In this document: positions 61,853-64,000 of the stretch, in pieces
Position numbering within the stretch: position 1 is the stretch's first letter
How the letters are laid out: every line of letters begins with the position of its first letter
Source of the DNA: Blastocystis sp. Blastoise
Taxonomy: Eukaryota; Protista; Bigyra: Opalinata
Assembly (NCBI GenBank): GCA_039096225.1
Contig: JBBPEB010000024.1
Location: 434,001-498,000, forward strand
Reading direction: 5' to 3'
Length of the DNA stretch: 64,000 nucleotides
Notes under the pieces: generated by a model
The model's database searches: none
Seen by the model: the letters and a program-made list of their open reading frames with translations, nothing else
What the model was told of the DNA's origin: nothing
Translations under genes and position numbers: made by a program

Positions 61853-63114
61853 ATGATCAGTCGTTTCAACCCTGGAATGGATATATTGTCTCAAGTTCCT
61901 CGTAACTTGGAACAGGACAATAATTCAATGGGACAAGTGATGAATGTATCTGTCCTAGATCTTGATAGACCAAACTCAGTTCATGATTTATCATCTTTGG
62001 ATTTACCTACACAAATGTCAAATCCTTCAGGACAAGACTTGTTACCTACTCAAATGGTAGTTTCAAATCAATTGCAAATGCATTTAAATAATGATCTGAA
62101 TGCTCATCTATCACAATCTGATGTTTCTGGAACAGTTCTCTTACCCTCTGTTTTACATCCACTTCCAAACCTTGTATTACATGATAATCTTGAAGACACA
62201 ACTGAAAAAGAGCCTAAAAACAATGAACAACAGGTATGTTGTTGTTTTTTTTAATTATTTTTGTATAGTTTTATGTGTATACTATTTTTTTTATGAAAAT
62301 TTTATATTATTATTATGTTATATATGTAGTATATATTTTATTATGCTATAGATATTTAATCATTATATGCCTCAAGATATGATGACGATTAATACAACTA
62401 CATTTTTAAATCATTCTATTGGCGATTTAAAAATCACAGATATTCCTCAATTATTACATGAATATAAAATTATGGCTCATTATTTATGTAAAGTAATTAT
62501 TTTTTTATTATTTATTGTTATTATTTTTATTATTATTATTATGCTATATATTTATGTATTATATATTATATAGAATAATATGATAGACACAAATGATACT
62601 CTATTAGAATATCGTGGTATTAACCCTGAAGATGTCACATGTGATCATATAGCTACATTATTACAATATTATAAACAACTAGCTTCTTTATCAAAGAGGG
62701 TATATATATTATTATGTTTATTATGTTTATATTTATTATTATTATTATTATTATGTTTATTATTATTATTATTATTATAACTAAATATAAATATTAAGAA
62801 TATATTCATATAAAAATAATAATAATATATATAGGTATACCCTTGTATATATTGTAATAAGATTCTTTCTACCAAGGCTTCTTTGATTACCCATGAAAAT
62901 ATACATATAGATCAAACTCCATATATATGTCAAGAACCGAATTGTAACGCAAGATTTAAATCAAAGTCAGCATTAAATACACATATTAATAATAATCATA
63001 CAGTTGTATATATATATATATATTATATTGTTGATATATTATATTTTTATTTATATATATTTTTATATTATTAAGTATTATTTAATACATTATTTAACTA
63101 CTTATTATTATGTT

Positions 63115-63153
<39 letters not shown>

Positions 63154-63635
63154 TTTAATAAATATTATATTAACTATTATATTAATTATATTATATATTA
63201 TTCTATAGGTGAAAATGCACGTGTGTGAGTTTATTGGCTGTAATAAACGATTTGCTACTGAATGGCAGTTACGTCAACACATGGTGCGTCATCCTCAAAA
63301 TCATAGATACACGTGCAAACAATGTAATCACACTTTTGCTTATCCTTATCAGTTATATATATATTATTATTATTATATTTATTATTATATATTTATTATT
63401 ATTATTATTATTATTATGTCATTTATAACTATATATATATATATAGTTAAATCGTCATTTAGCGAAGCATACAAATAATCGACCGTTTCATTGCAGTTAT
63501 CAGAATTGCACAAAATCATTTTCACATAAAGGTGCATTATTATTACATGAAAAAGCTCATGAAAAATTATTTGTATGTAATATTTGCTTAAGAAGATTTG
63601 GATATAAATGTGATTTAACAAGGTATATATATATA

Positions 63636-63676
<41 letters not shown>

Positions 63677-63827
63677 TAACATAATATATTATTACACATT
63701 CTATATATATATTATTATTACACATTCTATATATATATATATATATAATAATAGACACATGGCGCGTCATACAGATATCCCCCAAATTCAAGACACAAAT
63801 AAATTGAATGAAGAACATCTTATTTAA
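61853..63827 (+). CDS. C2H2 zinc-finger protein (six fingers), 7 exons
   Basis: Fingers YPCIYCNKILSTKASLITHENIH, CQEPNCNARFKSKSALNTHINNNH, CEFIGCNKRFATEWQLRQHMVRH, CKQCNHTFAYPYQ|LNRHLAKH, CSYQNCTKSFSHKGALYYHEKAH and CNICLRRFGYKCDLTR|HMARH. Stop TAA at 63825-27. Confidence 0.88.
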
Positions 63828-63839
63828 ACAATTATTTTT

Positions 63840-63882
<43 letters not shown>

Positions 63883-64000
63883 TCATGATTTATTTTGCTT
63901 TACTGTATATATATATTATTCTATTTTATATAATTCTTTAAAAACAATTTCGTGTTTGTGATTATTATAGTTTTCATTTTTTTTTTCATTTTATTTTCTT

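Overview
Very AT-rich eukaryotic genomic DNA with many short (about 30-250 nt), TA-rich spliceosomal introns and the standard genetic code. This is consistent with a microbial eukaryote; a Blastocystis-like lineage is only a guess. The window opens inside a very large single-pass surface-protein gene (discoidin/F5-8C-like + putative Ig + 12 HRM-like Cys modules). A 14,145-bp CACTA/EnSpm-type transposon (3100-17244; CACTG termini, TTG target duplication) splits this gene. Next is a cluster of six BTB-family genes: three BTB-TLDc and three BTB + LRR-like, one of them pseudogenised. A 2.8-kb hAT element (31129-33900) lies among them. The rest holds a Clu-domain-like gene, a 6-kb Buster/Charlie-type hAT element (55410-61366) with an enlarged transposase and a tRNA-like structure, and a C2H2 zinc-finger gene. 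The main oddities are introns made purely of (AT)n microsatellite, two apparently non-GT donors in otherwise intact genes, near-universal phase-1 exons in the BTB-LRR family, and a transposon insertion whose excision footprint would restore the surface gene's frame. All gene models were spliced by eye and no database searches were run.
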